Assembly (NCBI GenBank): GCA_964016885.1
Contig: OZ024741.1
Location: 298,282,001-298,346,000, forward strand
Length of the DNA: 64,000 bases
Source: Eledone cirrhosa
Taxonomy: Eukaryota
Direction: 5' to 3'
The notes under the pieces are model-generated. The model did no database searches, had not been told where the DNA came from, and saw nothing but the letters and a program-made list of their open reading frames with translations. Positions 27,446 through 39,969 of the stretch are shown one piece after another. The number at the start of each line of letters is the position of its first letter. Position 1 is the first letter of the stretch. Position numbers and translations under genes: made by a program.

Positions 27446-27523
27446 CCCTAACTGTACAGTTTCACGTTGCAAAACATTAGATATCACGTGGATATTAATG
27501 GAAAAGCAAAGATCATCAGAGAA
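27446..27523 (-). ncRNA. Type-I hammerhead, tandem unit copy 2
   Basis: Identical to 26921-26998. Confidence 0.8.
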
Positions 27524-27633
27524 GCATTTTCCTATCCTAGGGTTAAAAACCCCAGGAACGATAAAATATATGACCTCACTCCAACTAATACAGGTCTGAA
27601 AGGTCGTGAAAGTGACCCATAAATACGTTGGTG

Positions 27634-27752
<119 letters not shown>

Positions 27753-29013
27753 CCACTTTCGATGGCTATATATGAGCTACCAGTCTTTCGATGCGTGCAG
27801 CTGGGATTACTACCACCCATTGATTTGGCAGGATAAATATATATACATATATATGTAGAGGTTATATTTAATTTGTTGGGATACAACAAGCAAAATATTT
27901 TTATAACTGATATAAAGCACTCAACAAATTATTGGAGTAAATATACAATATATTAACAAATGGAAACTATATTTATAAAACTATATTTATTTCATTATAC
28001 ATATTTCAAGGGCCACCAAAGTAAACTATGGTGCGCTTTCATCAGATAAAATATAATATAGGTTAGTTTTATAAATAAATATTGACATACCCTTAAAAAA
28101 TGCAACCGTTCTGGTTGGAATCTCCTGGATAGTGGAGTTATTAGATTTATTGTTGGTTATTATGCAAATTAGTGTCGGAAAGGTTTAAATAACAGTATTT
28201 TTAAATTAAGCCGCTGGAATTGGGAAAAAAAGAAAGAAAGAGAAAAAAGAGAAAAAAACGAAAGAAAGAAAGAAAAAACCTGAGTATGTTTAAGTGAGAG
28301 TGAATAGCGTAATTTTGAGAGAAGAGGCGAAGAAATAAATATAGGGTGGATGAATACCGTAACATGGATAAACAATAATAATAAAGATAAAGATAAGTTG
28401 AAGAATTTTATCTAATGTTTAATTAATAAATTTGATTAAATGCTTAATTAATAATTTATCAATTCAATGCGTACTTTAAATGTTTAAATGTGTATGTTAG
28501 ATTATTAAAGTTGAGACCTATATATTATTAAAGAATATATATTATTAAAATATATAATTAGAAAATATGTTATTAATACAAAACCATATATAATTTTATT
28601 AATTATTAATTAATTATTTAAAAAAATTTTATTTCTAAGCTCATGGAATTTCCGAGAGTTTACAGAAGAATAATCCCTTATTTGTAATAGCAGTAGAGCG
28701 TAAAGGAAATTGCTAGCGATTTATTAATAATTTAGATAGCTCTAAGGATTAAATGCTATAAAGTTAAGATGTTAATAAAATTAAATTTTACATCGTAATA
28801 ATAATGTAATTAGAGTAAGAATCTTATGTTATTTTATAGCATGTTATAATTTTATAACTCTACCTGTTATACAGTTATGACTGTTAAAACCTAAATTTGT
28901 TTGCTATAACGTGTTAACATTTAAAAATTCATTCATAGGAATATATCCAAAGTATAAACCATAAAAAACTCTTTCATAAGAGTATATCTATAGAATATAC
29001 TTAAAGTATAAAT

Positions 29014-29084
<71 letters not shown>

Positions 29085-29098
29085 ATTTTGATATATAT

Positions 29099-29148
<50 letters not shown>

Positions 29149-29538
29149 GTATGCATTAAGCATTTGAAAAATACATAAATACAAAATATACAATATAAAA
29201 TATGAATTATAATTTTTAAAAAATATAAGAATATAGAAAATAAAATACACAGTATAAAATATGAATTATGAATTATAATTTCTTTGTACCCATCATAGGA
29301 ATTTTCAGAAAAACCCCTTCCTCAAATCTTTCAGTACGTTTATCAAGAAAAGTTTTTCAAGAAAAAATCTTTTTAAGAGTGTTATAAGCAGTCATATGAA
29401 GGAATCTAATGAATTATCGATAGGTTTAATAAAGATGAGTTATGTATTACATTTTATATATATATTTAAACGTTGAGTTCAATCTATGTTTGCAAGAACT
29501 GAAAATATTATTTCTTAAATTAACAGAATTCTTACTTT

Positions 29539-30735
29539 TTAATATAAAGAATATTTATTAAAACGGGACTTAAAATCTGTGGAGGTAGAGCCTACATAAT
29601 TAAATGAATTTAAATTAGTTTTTACATTACAGTTATATACTATATTTTTAACTAAACAATTGTTATTTAACGGACAGTTAGATTTATTTCTACAGTTACA
29701 TTTATCAAAATTTGAGTTTCTATGTGCCGCATTATTCAGTTGGATATTGCTGGGGCTATTAATGGTATTCTGGTTAGGTTTTAAGTTTCTATTATTAATT
29801 CTATTAATATTCTGCGCTAAATTACTGGTGGTTGAATACGTTAATTTTATAGTATGTCTATTAAATATTGAGTAATACCTATGTGTTCTAGGGAAGCATT
29901 TATCTAGAGCTTTAAAGAATAATTTAGCAATAGGAGTTTTAATACTTAATGAGAAAGGAGGAGCGAACCCTAATATATTCCTAGTTCTATTTCTTTTTTT
30001 GTTTTTCGAATTATTGTAAGGTTTTCTATTATAGTTGTTAAAATTATGGTTATTTGTCATATCATTATTATCAATGTATTTAATTTTATTACTATATCCA
30101 GCTCTACCTAACGCTTCGTTATAATATTGCGCTTTATCTTCAAAAATATTCTTATTAGCTGAAATTCTAGAAATACGTTGCTGCACAGAGTTTACTATAG
30201 TGTTTTTAACGGAACTGGGGTGATTGGAATTAAAATTAATGTAGTTTAAGTTCTTGTTTATTTTGTGAAACGGATAATAAAGACCTGTGTTAAGGTTTAA
30301 AGTTACATCTAGAAAGTTAACTATTTTATAATTATTCTCTATTTCTACTTTAAGATTAAGGTAATAAAAAAATTGTATAATTTCTTTTCTTTTCCTATTT
30401 ATTTCACAGTTATTATTATTTTCTATAAGTAATAGCATATCGTCGCGATATAAACCTCCGGTCATCTCCGGTATTTTCCTATGGAGAGTATTATTAATAA
30501 AAAGCCCCACAAGATCCGTTATTTGGGCGGAATCAGATGACCCCATAGTGATATCGAAATTATTATCTCTGTCTGCTCTAGTCCATAGGTGGTTGTTAAA
30601 TTTAATTAATGTTTTCCGTGCAGTTAAGATAATGCGCATTTCATTACTAGTTAAGTCTGTATGTTTAAATGCATATGTTACGGCTTTATTAAGTAGGTTA
30701 GGAGTGATGGATGAGTAATAATTAGCAATATCCAA
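29539..30735 (-). pseudogene. PLE RT + start of GIY-YIG endonuclease
   Basis: DIANYYSSI, FDITMGSSDSAQITDLVG, GLYRDD, VNFLDVTLNL, SNHP, CNCRNKSNCPLNNNCL..NIVY...YVGSTSTDFKSRF. Confidence 0.9.
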
Positions 30736-31551
30736 TTGAATAAACTTATTATTATAATAAACTTATTATTACGAAGGAAAATTTAATTTTTTAACATCTT
30801 AATTTTATAGCATTTAATCCTTAGAGCTATCTAAATTATTAATAAATCGCTAGCAATTTGCTTTACGCTCTACTGCTATTACAAGTAAGGGATTATTCTT
30901 CTGTAAACTCTCGGAAATTCCATGAGCTTAGAAATATTCGGATATTTTAAACTTATAAACATTTTTAAAATAATTAATTAATAATTAATAAAATTATATA
31001 TGGTTTTGTAATAACAACATATTTTCTAATTATATATTTTAATAATATATATTCTTTAATAATATATAGGTCTCAACTTTAATAATCTAACATACACATT
31101 TAAACATTTAAAGTACGGATTGAATTGATAAATTATTAATTAAGCATTTAATCAAATTTATTAATTAAACATTAGATAAAATTCTTCAACTTATCTTTAT
31201 CTTTATTATTATTGTTTATCCATGTTACGGTATTCATCCACCCTATATTTATTTCTTCGCCTCTTCTCTCAAAATTACGCTATTCACTCTCACTTAAACA
31301 TACTCAGGTTTTTTCTCTTTCTTTCTTTCGTTTTTTCTCTTTTTTCTCTTTCTTTTTTTCTCTTTCTTTCTTTTTTTCCCTATTCCAACGGCTTAATTTA
31401 AAAATACTGTTATTTAAACCTTTCCGACACTAATTTGCATAATAAACCAACAATAAATCTAATAACTCCACTATCCAGGAGATTCCAACCAGAATGGTTG
31501 CATTTTTTAAGGGTATGTCAATATTTATTTATAAAACTAACCTATATTATA

Positions 31552-31613
31552 TTTTATCTGATGAAAGCGCACCATAGTTTACTTTGGTGGCCCTTGAAAT
31601 ATGTATAATGAAA
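31552..31613 (+). ncRNA. Type-I hammerhead in the inverted pLTR (mirror copy at 27990-28051, minus)
   Basis: UUUUAU-CUGAUGA-AAG..CACCA...UGGUG..CUU-GAAAU-AUGU-AUA|AUGAAA. Confidence 0.75.
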
Positions 31614-31658
31614 TAAATATGGTTTTATAAATATAGTTTCTATTTGTTAATATATTGT

Positions 31659-31736
<78 letters not shown>

Positions 31737-31738
<2 letters not shown>

Positions 31739-32800
31739 ACTAGAACCCATAGAAGGAATAGGCCTAGAAATATCACCTGGCTTAACTCCCCATTCTCATC
31801 TAATCTAGCCACTAATATCCCTAAACGCTTCTTTTCTATCCTATCTAAACATCCGCCCCCCCCCCCCAACCATAGATATTACAAACTCTTTAATAAAAAC
31901 AGTATTAAAATCTCATTCTCCACAACACCTAACCTAGCTAGCCACATCGCATTCAGTAACCATCATAAACTAAGACAGTATAACTCCCACACCGCGGTAT
32001 CACCACCCCCATCAAATACACCACGCCACTACACCAATACTTACTCTAGTAGCACACCTCCCCCATCTAATCCTTCTAGCACGGACCAATCGCATAGTTT
32101 AAACAACTCTACTCTCACTAACCGCAGAAGTAACTGCAACTGCCGTTACCCTAATGCATGCCCACTAAATGGACATTGCCTGACACCCAATATAGTTTAT
32201 AGGTGCACAGTTAAAACTCCTTCGCATACCAGCATATTATTCTTATTTAAATATAAATAAGAATAATATTCTTATTCTTATTTATATTTAAACTCTTAAT
32301 AAGAGTTAGTTTGTGCTTCTATTGATGGAAATGTGTATTGATATATATGTATATAAGTATACATATGTATATTGGGCCTTTTAACATTATTATTATTATC
32401 ATTATTAATTATATTATATTATATTATATTATATTATATTATATTATATATAGTACAATAATTCCCGCTCTATATCACCACCTCTGTTTTAGCTCTAGTT
32501 TTTGCATTGGACTATATTTGTAATATGGTTCAAAATGTTACTTACTTCCTTAGCAATTTTCACTTGATAATTTTTTACTTGATAATTTTTTACTTGATAA
32601 TTTTTTACTTGATAATTTTTACCCGATTATTTTCCCATGATTTAATCTATGTACACTCCATATTCTTCTGAGTTTTCGGCTTGTATTGGCTGATAGTGCT
32701 TCATATAGCTTTAATTGCCCTGATGAGTCCTTAATAGGACGAAACATTGTTGGCTAATAAAGACTTTTGATGTATTGAAGGCTTCTTTGGTTTATTTTCA
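31737..32800 (+). mobile_element. Naiad-type PLE 3' fragment between (TA)n tracts
   Basis: RNITWLNSPFS..LATNI...YKLFNKNSIKISFS...CNCRYPNACPLNGHCLTPNIVYRC; short tandem (TTTTACTTGATAATT) at ~32557-32630; pLTR hammerhead at the 3' end. Confidence 0.85.
32717..32754 (+). ncRNA. Canonical minimal type-I hammerhead
   Basis: GCC-CUGAUGA-GUCCU UAAU AGGAC-GAAAC-AUU-GUU|GGC, then AATAAA. Confidence 0.88.
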
Positions 32801-32804
32801 TAAT

Positions 32805-32836
<32 letters not shown>

Positions 32837-32855
32837 TATTTATTATATATTATGT

Positions 32856-32953
<98 letters not shown>

Positions 32954-32954
32954 A

Positions 32955-33269
<315 letters not shown>

Positions 33270-33353
33270 ATATATATTATATCTACATATATATATATTA
33301 TATATATATACATATATATATATGTATATTATATATATATGTATATATATATA

Positions 33354-33852
33354 TGTACAGCCACCGGAAATAACATCTGTGAAATATACAGCGCCGTCTA
33401 CCTGTTAGCTAGCTACCTCAACGTGAAACAAAAGAACCCTTAAAAGCTTCCAGAATAAACGCCTACACAGCGGCTAAACATCAAACGATTATTTCTGTAT
33501 AAATAGAGTGGTTCCAAACACTTCAGCAGTCAACATTTGGCAGAGTCAACTCGCGTATCGTTGTCCCTCGCCTCTGCCACGATTTGTCACTCACACACGC
33601 CTTGTACCTCGTATCGTCGCTTCAGGTGAAAATAAATAGCTGATCGAATTTACATCTCGCCTTGCTTCGTCCTTTCAACTTGTGCTTTCGTCTGTCCATC
33701 CTCAACAGTTCTTTTAAGGGCTATATGCAACAACAGTCCTTTTAAGGGCTATCTTCAGATCTGATCAAACCGTATGCGATAACAGTCCTTCTAAGGGCTA
33801 TTCTTGGATATGATCAGAAGTAGTGACCAGACTGACTAACCACGTCGCTACA
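33354..33852 (+). mobile_element. 5' LTR of a Gypsy element
   Basis: TGTA...TACA termini, TATAAAT at ~33498, AATAAA at ~33631, three copies of AACAGTYCTTYTAAGGGCTAT (33703-33801); directly followed by a PBS. Confidence 0.85.
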
Positions 33853-33854
33853 AT

Positions 33855-33871
33855 TGGTGACCCGGACGTGA
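33855..33871 (+). promoter_or_regulatory. Primer binding site, complementary to the tRNA-Trp 3' end
   Basis: TGGTGACCCGGACGTGA, 2 nt after the LTR; one mismatch to TGGTGACCCCGACGTGA. Confidence 0.8.
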
Positions 33872-33911
33872 GTCGAACGCGCAACCAGACAGCACCTAAG
33901 AAGATACCAAC

Positions 33912-36900
33912 ATGGACATGTTGCAACCAACGACAGAGGCCGAGATTTCAGAGCTGTGGGCTATGATCAGAGAGCGGGCTGGTCAAATTAAAGCCCTATC
34001 AAATCAAGTAGAGAACTTGACCTTTCAAACACACCGGCGACGCAGCAACAGTCGGTCCAGGCCCTTTCACCGTCAAAGATCGAGAAGTCCCGTCAAAATC
34101 GTGTGTCTGGCGACCTCTGCTGGTATCACGAAGAATTAGGCGCACGGGCATCTAAGTGTAGGGCCCCGTGCTCTTTCCCGAATACCACCCAGGGAAACGG
34201 GCAGACCAGGGCCTAGCGACGACGTTCACCCCTGGTACTGAAAAGAAAAGTCGTCTATTTTTTATTAACGACCAGGCGACAGGCATCCGTTACCTTGTGG
34301 ATACAGGAGCCCAGGTTAGTGTTATTCCTGTTTCACTAATCTCGGGCAAAAGACACCCAACACCGTCCTTTCTGTAGGCAGTGAACCGATCGTCAATTCC
34401 GACTTTCGGGAAAAAAATCCTTGACCCTCAATTTTGGCCCGAGGCGGCGTTTTCAATGGGTGTTCGTCGTGGCAGACCTGCCGACTCCGATCACAGGAGC
34501 CGATTTTCTCCACCACTTAAACCTTCTGGTGGATATGAAGAACCGGAGGCTTATCGACACCACCACAAACCTCACTGTGAGAGGTATATTTACCACGCAA
34601 TCCACAGTAAGCCCTGTAATTTGCCAGTCAGAGCCTTCGCGGTACAACGGCATTCTCCAGAAATACCCAGACATCACTCGCCCGGTATTTAAGGATGGTC
34701 CTATTAAGCATAGTGTCACGCACCACATCGAGACAAGAGGACCACCCACCGCTGCCCGACCAAGGAGACTGCCTCCAGACCGATTGAGAATCGCCAAGCA
34801 GGAGTTCCAACACATGCTAGACCTCAGAATCATTCGCCCTTCCTCTAGCAACTGATCTGCACCCCTACACCTTGTTCCCCCAAAAAACGAGAATGATTGG
34901 CGACCATGTGGAGATTATCGTGCACTTTAGAATTCTACAGTGCCCGATAATTACCCTGTACCTGCACGATTTTTCTGCCTCTCTGCAAGGCGCACGCATC
35001 TTTTCCAAGGTAGATTTGGTGCGTGCATATAACCAGATACCTATGGAGCCTGCAGACATTCCGAAGACCGCAATTACAACACCGTTCGGTTTATTCGAAT
35101 TCCTGCGAATGCCGTTCGGTCTGCGCAACGCTGCACAAACTTTTCAGCGGTTTATCGACACCTTGTTGCGCTATCTACCCTTCGTATACGCGTATATTGA
35201 CGACATGCTGGTAGCAAGTACTTCCGAGCATGAACACGAGAAGTACTTAGATCTCCTTTTCCGACGTTTGGCTGAGTACGGTATCATAATCAACCCCAGC
35301 AAATGCCTTCTCGGCGTTCCTTCACTGTCCTTTCTCGGGCACATCATCGATAACGACGGCATTCGTCCACTTCCCGAGAAAGTAGAAGCTATCCGCAGTT
35401 TTCCCGCACTTACATCACTTCGGAAACTGCGTGAATTCCTCGGTCTGGTGAATTTTTATAGGCGGTTCATCCCTCATTGTTCCGACGCAGCCAGACTCCT
35501 CACGGACCTTCTTCGTAACCGGACTCGCAAAAACGAAGAGATCACTCTAAACGAGGAAGAATTAACATCTTTTAACCGCCTGAAGGAAATGTTGGCAAAC
35601 GCTTCCATGCTCGTTTTCCCCAGGTCTGGCGCTCCTCTTTCGCTGCTAGTGGACGCATCAGACACGAGGGTTGGAAGCGTTCTACAACAACATGTCGACG
35701 GCGTGTGGCAACCCTTATCCTTCTTTTCTAAGCGGTTGCAACCGGCAGAAACGAAATACAGTACCTTTGGCCGCAAACTCTTGGCAACCTATCTTTCGGT
35801 TAAGCATTTTCGGCACATGCTCGAAGGATCAGATTTCGTGATCTACACGCACCATAAACCATTAGTTTATGCGTTCCGTACCAAACCTGATCGACATTCA
35901 CCGAGAGAACTCCGACACCTGGATTTTGTCTCCCAATATTCAACTGATATTCGGCATATCAAGGGATCAGACAACGTAGCAGCCGACGCCCTGTCCCGAA
36001 TTCAGCTGAACGCAATACATGTGCATTCAGGCATCGACCTTCAACAGATCGCAGCTGAACAAGAGACTGACGAAGAGTTTATCAAACTCCGAGATTCGCC
36101 ATCCCTCAAGTTTCAGCAAGTTCCCATTCCTTCTTCTCCGGGACAAATTTGGTGCGACCTTTCTACCGGTCATGAACGACCGTACGTACCACAGATGCAT
36201 CGTCGACAAGTTTTTTCTGCTTTACACTGCTTGTCTCACCCGGGAACCCGGGCTACACAGAAACTCATCTCTGCTCGTTTTGTGTGGACTAACATTAACA
36301 AGGACGTGCGCGACTGGTCCAGGAGCTGCATTGCCTGCCAGAAAGCCAAAGTCCACAGACACATCAAAACTCCACTCGGCACATTCGCGCAACCTGATGC
36401 ACATTTTCATCATGTGCATATCGACATCGTCGGACCTCTACCACCATCACAGAACTACACACACTTGCTCACCTGCATAGATCGATTTTCTCGTTGGCCT
36501 GAGGCTTTTCCCATAAATGATACCTCAGTAGAAACAGTCGCTAAAACTTTGGTTTTACACTGGGTATCACGTTATGGCGCCCCAGCGAAGATAACAACGG
36601 ACAGAGGACGCCAATTTGACTCCCACCTCTTCAGGGAACTGACTCGCCTGTTAGGATGTAAACACATCCGCACGACAGCTTATCACCCGAAAGCTAATGG
36701 TCTCGTGGAAAGATTCCATTGTCAATTGAAAGCTGCAATAAAAGCATATCCAGACAAGACCCACTGGTTTGAATATCTACCACTCATCTGGCATTCGATC
36801 CACCGTTAAGGAGGAATTCGGACACACACCTGCAGAATTAGTGTATGGCACCACCCTGGTTCTACCTGGTCAGATGGTTGCTCTCATCTCTCCTCAGGAT

Positions 36901-37314
36901 GTTCCAGACCCAGGATCATACGTACACCGTCTTCGACAATATATGTCTCACCTTGCTCCTGCAAGCACCCGTCAACAGAACACGGCCACACACGTACCTT
37001 CAGACATTAAAGATTGGACACATGTTTTCGTTCGAAACAACACCATCTCAGCTCATCTTCGACCTCCATATTCTGGTCCTTATCGTGTTCTAAAAAAATA
37101 TCCGAAATATTTTATTCTCGATCTAGATGGTAAACAGAATTCTGTCAGCGTGGACAGATTAAAAAAAGCCATCATGGATACTGTTACAGTCTCTACACCA
37201 GAAACTCCAACAGATTGCTGTCCCAGCGAACCACCTGTTTCATCGCCAGTCACGAGAAGTGGACGACGCGTCCATTGGCCCGCCAAGTTGGCACAATATG
37301 TGAATTACCGTTAA
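33912..37314 (+). pseudogene. Ty3/Gypsy (CsRN1-like) gag-pol with deleted gag, stops and frameshifts
   Basis: CWYH...A.KC..PC knuckle, YLVDTGA protease, [23 protein letters not shown] RNase H, H-x3-H...CxxC zinc finger, DDE integrase, PPYSGPY motif. No 3' LTR found. Confidence 0.92.
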
Positions 37315-38166
37315 CCTCAAGTGAGTTTCTTAATCATTCTTCGTGCAAAACATTTCCATTTTTCTTGTGTTTACTATTTCCAGTTTCATATACAATGAAC
37401 TTTCTGCTTGAACAATTACAATTTTGAGTGACCATGTGCTCATGTCACGAAGAACACTATTTATAATGAACATTATTTATTACAAACACTATTTAAGAAC
37501 AAACAGTGTGTATATCATTGTGTATAACATTTTTTTTCTTCTCTCTCTTGTTTTGCAAAGAGTTTTATTTTTCTTGTTCTGTAACATTGATTGTGTAATT
37601 GCCATAATTTTTATATACATACAAGGCGTGTACATATTCTGTTTTTCATGCACACTACAAAACCACGTTTGTTTCACCTTTTAGTTCATACACTGAGCAA
37701 TAGATATTTGTGTCCCTCTAACTCTTACACTACAAAATGTTTTCTCTTTGATCACGCATTTCACAAATCGCATCCTCAAAACACTGGCCTTCTTTTTTCA
37801 CGTACACATTCACTCAATAGCTCGAGAATGCCTCGCTATTTTTTTTACCACATGCATTCGCTCAAGTCATATGCTGTGGAGCAAACTGTTACTTTTAGGC
37901 AGAAACGCCTTAAACAACCAAATAACCAAATCTCACATCCATAAAAGAGAATACACATCTATATATATACGCTACCTTAATATCTTCAAATAACCAAAGG
38001 CTCACTCACATAAGGAAAAAAAGTAAATACAAATACACGTGCTTTCCCTACAAACTAGCAAGTAAGTCTTTTTAACTACAAACTATTATATACACTCGTT
38101 TTTCCTTGGATATCTTCAAACAAACTATTAACATCCTCAAACAACCAAATTCACATCCATAAGAGA

Positions 38167-38223
<57 letters not shown>

Positions 38224-38422
38224 TAAACGGAATAGAAAATGCTGACAAATTGTTCACAGTTGAAAAATAGTTTAATTAGGAATAAAAGAGTATTAGTAAT
38301 TGTATGGGTTAGTATTCAGTTGTGGTTTTAAGTTTTTAAGTTTTTACCGGTTGCGCATTTCTAAATGCTTTTCAAAAATAATTTTGAGATAGAGCGTCCG
38401 TGTATATATTAAAGAATCGCGC

Positions 38423-38424
<2 letters not shown>

Positions 38425-38520
<96 letters not shown>

Positions 38521-38983
38521 GGGATTCTTTAATTTCTTCAAATAACCAAAGTCTCACTCACCTATCAAATAACAAATATCTTAAAACGCACACAAGGATA
38601 ATAATAATAAAAAAAAAATCTGACTACTGACCAGCAAGCCCACAACGGACGAAATTGGTCTGAAAATGAAATTGACCTCTTAATAAACACATGGTTTTCT
38701 CTGTCACAAACATCAAACATTAACGTGTCATGTCTGAATGAAATTGCTGAAAAACAGCTCAAACATTTACCACGAGGTCTGCTAAGCAGATACAGCGCGT
38801 CTCCCTTGACGTCCACCGGGGAAACGCCTTCTCCATTCTGTCCGCCGGGGCTGTGGATGGGCCCCATCGTGTACCAATACATTAGTTAAATACCATTCTT
38901 TCATCTGATACAACACAATAAAGTCAGGAGAAAATTAAAAATAAGATTACAGACAATAAATTTCAAAAAAAAAAAAAAAAATT

Positions 38984-39014
<31 letters not shown>

Positions 39015-39126
39015 ATATATATGATGAAACACAGATACCAACACATCCGTATTTATATTGCAAAAGAAAATTTTCTTTTGCAATATAAATACGGATGTGT
39101 TGGTATCTGTGTTTCATCATATATAT

Positions 39127-39204
<78 letters not shown>

Positions 39205-39664
39205 TTTTTTTTTTTTTTTTGAAATTTATTGTCTGTAATCTTATTTTTAATTTTCTCCTGACTTTATTGTGTTGTATCAGATGAAAGAATGGTATTTAAC
39301 TAATGTATTGGTACACGATGGGGCCCATCCACAGCCCCGGCGGACAGAATGGAGAAGGCGTTTCCCCGGTGGACGGCAAGGGAGACGCGCTGTATCTGCT
39401 TAGCAGACCTCGTGGTAAATGTTTGAGCTGTTTTTCAGCAATTTCATTCAGACATGACACGTTAATGTTTGATGTTTGTGACAGAGAAAACCATGTGTTT
39501 ATTAAGAGGTCAATTTCATTTTCAGACCAATTTCGTCCGTTGTGGGCTTGCTGGTCAGTAGTCAGATTTTTTTAAAATTATTATTATCCTTGTGTGCGTT
39601 TTAAGATATTTGTTATTTGATAGGTGAGTGAGACTTTGGTTATTTGAAGAAATTAAAGAATCCC

Positions 39665-39762
<98 letters not shown>

Positions 39763-39882
39763 ATATATATGATGAAACACAGATACCAACACATCCGTAT
39801 TTATATTGCAAAAGAAAATTTTCTTTTGCAATATAAATACGGATGTGTTGGTATCTGTGTTTCATCATATATATTAGTTTAT
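38425..39882. repeat. Large spacer-less palindrome (axis 39070/39071) plus a second copy of its central 125-bp palindrome
   Basis: 38520-38980 is the reverse complement of ~39205-39665. Core 39008-39133 is repeated at 39756-39881. Arms carry a CRE 3' fragment (QRVSLAVHRGNAFSILS). Confidence 0.9.
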
Positions 39883-39969
39883 ACACGGCTCAGAAATATT
39901 TCCTTCTTCGAGCTAATTCCATTGTAAAAGAATTCATTACACTTAATAATATATATATATATATATATA

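Larger units (their letters stand above)
27941..31661 (-). mobile_element. Naiad-type PLE, 5'-truncated, with ~870-bp inverted pseudo-LTR
   Basis: ORF 29539-30735 on minus; 27941-28805 is the reverse complement of 30763-31661 with few differences. This is the classic inverted-pLTR architecture. Confidence 0.9.

Noticed and set aside
33703-33801. Three spaced 21-bp repeats resembling a CRISPR array
   Set aside because: Irregular short spacing, located inside a eukaryotic LTR, and no cas genes.
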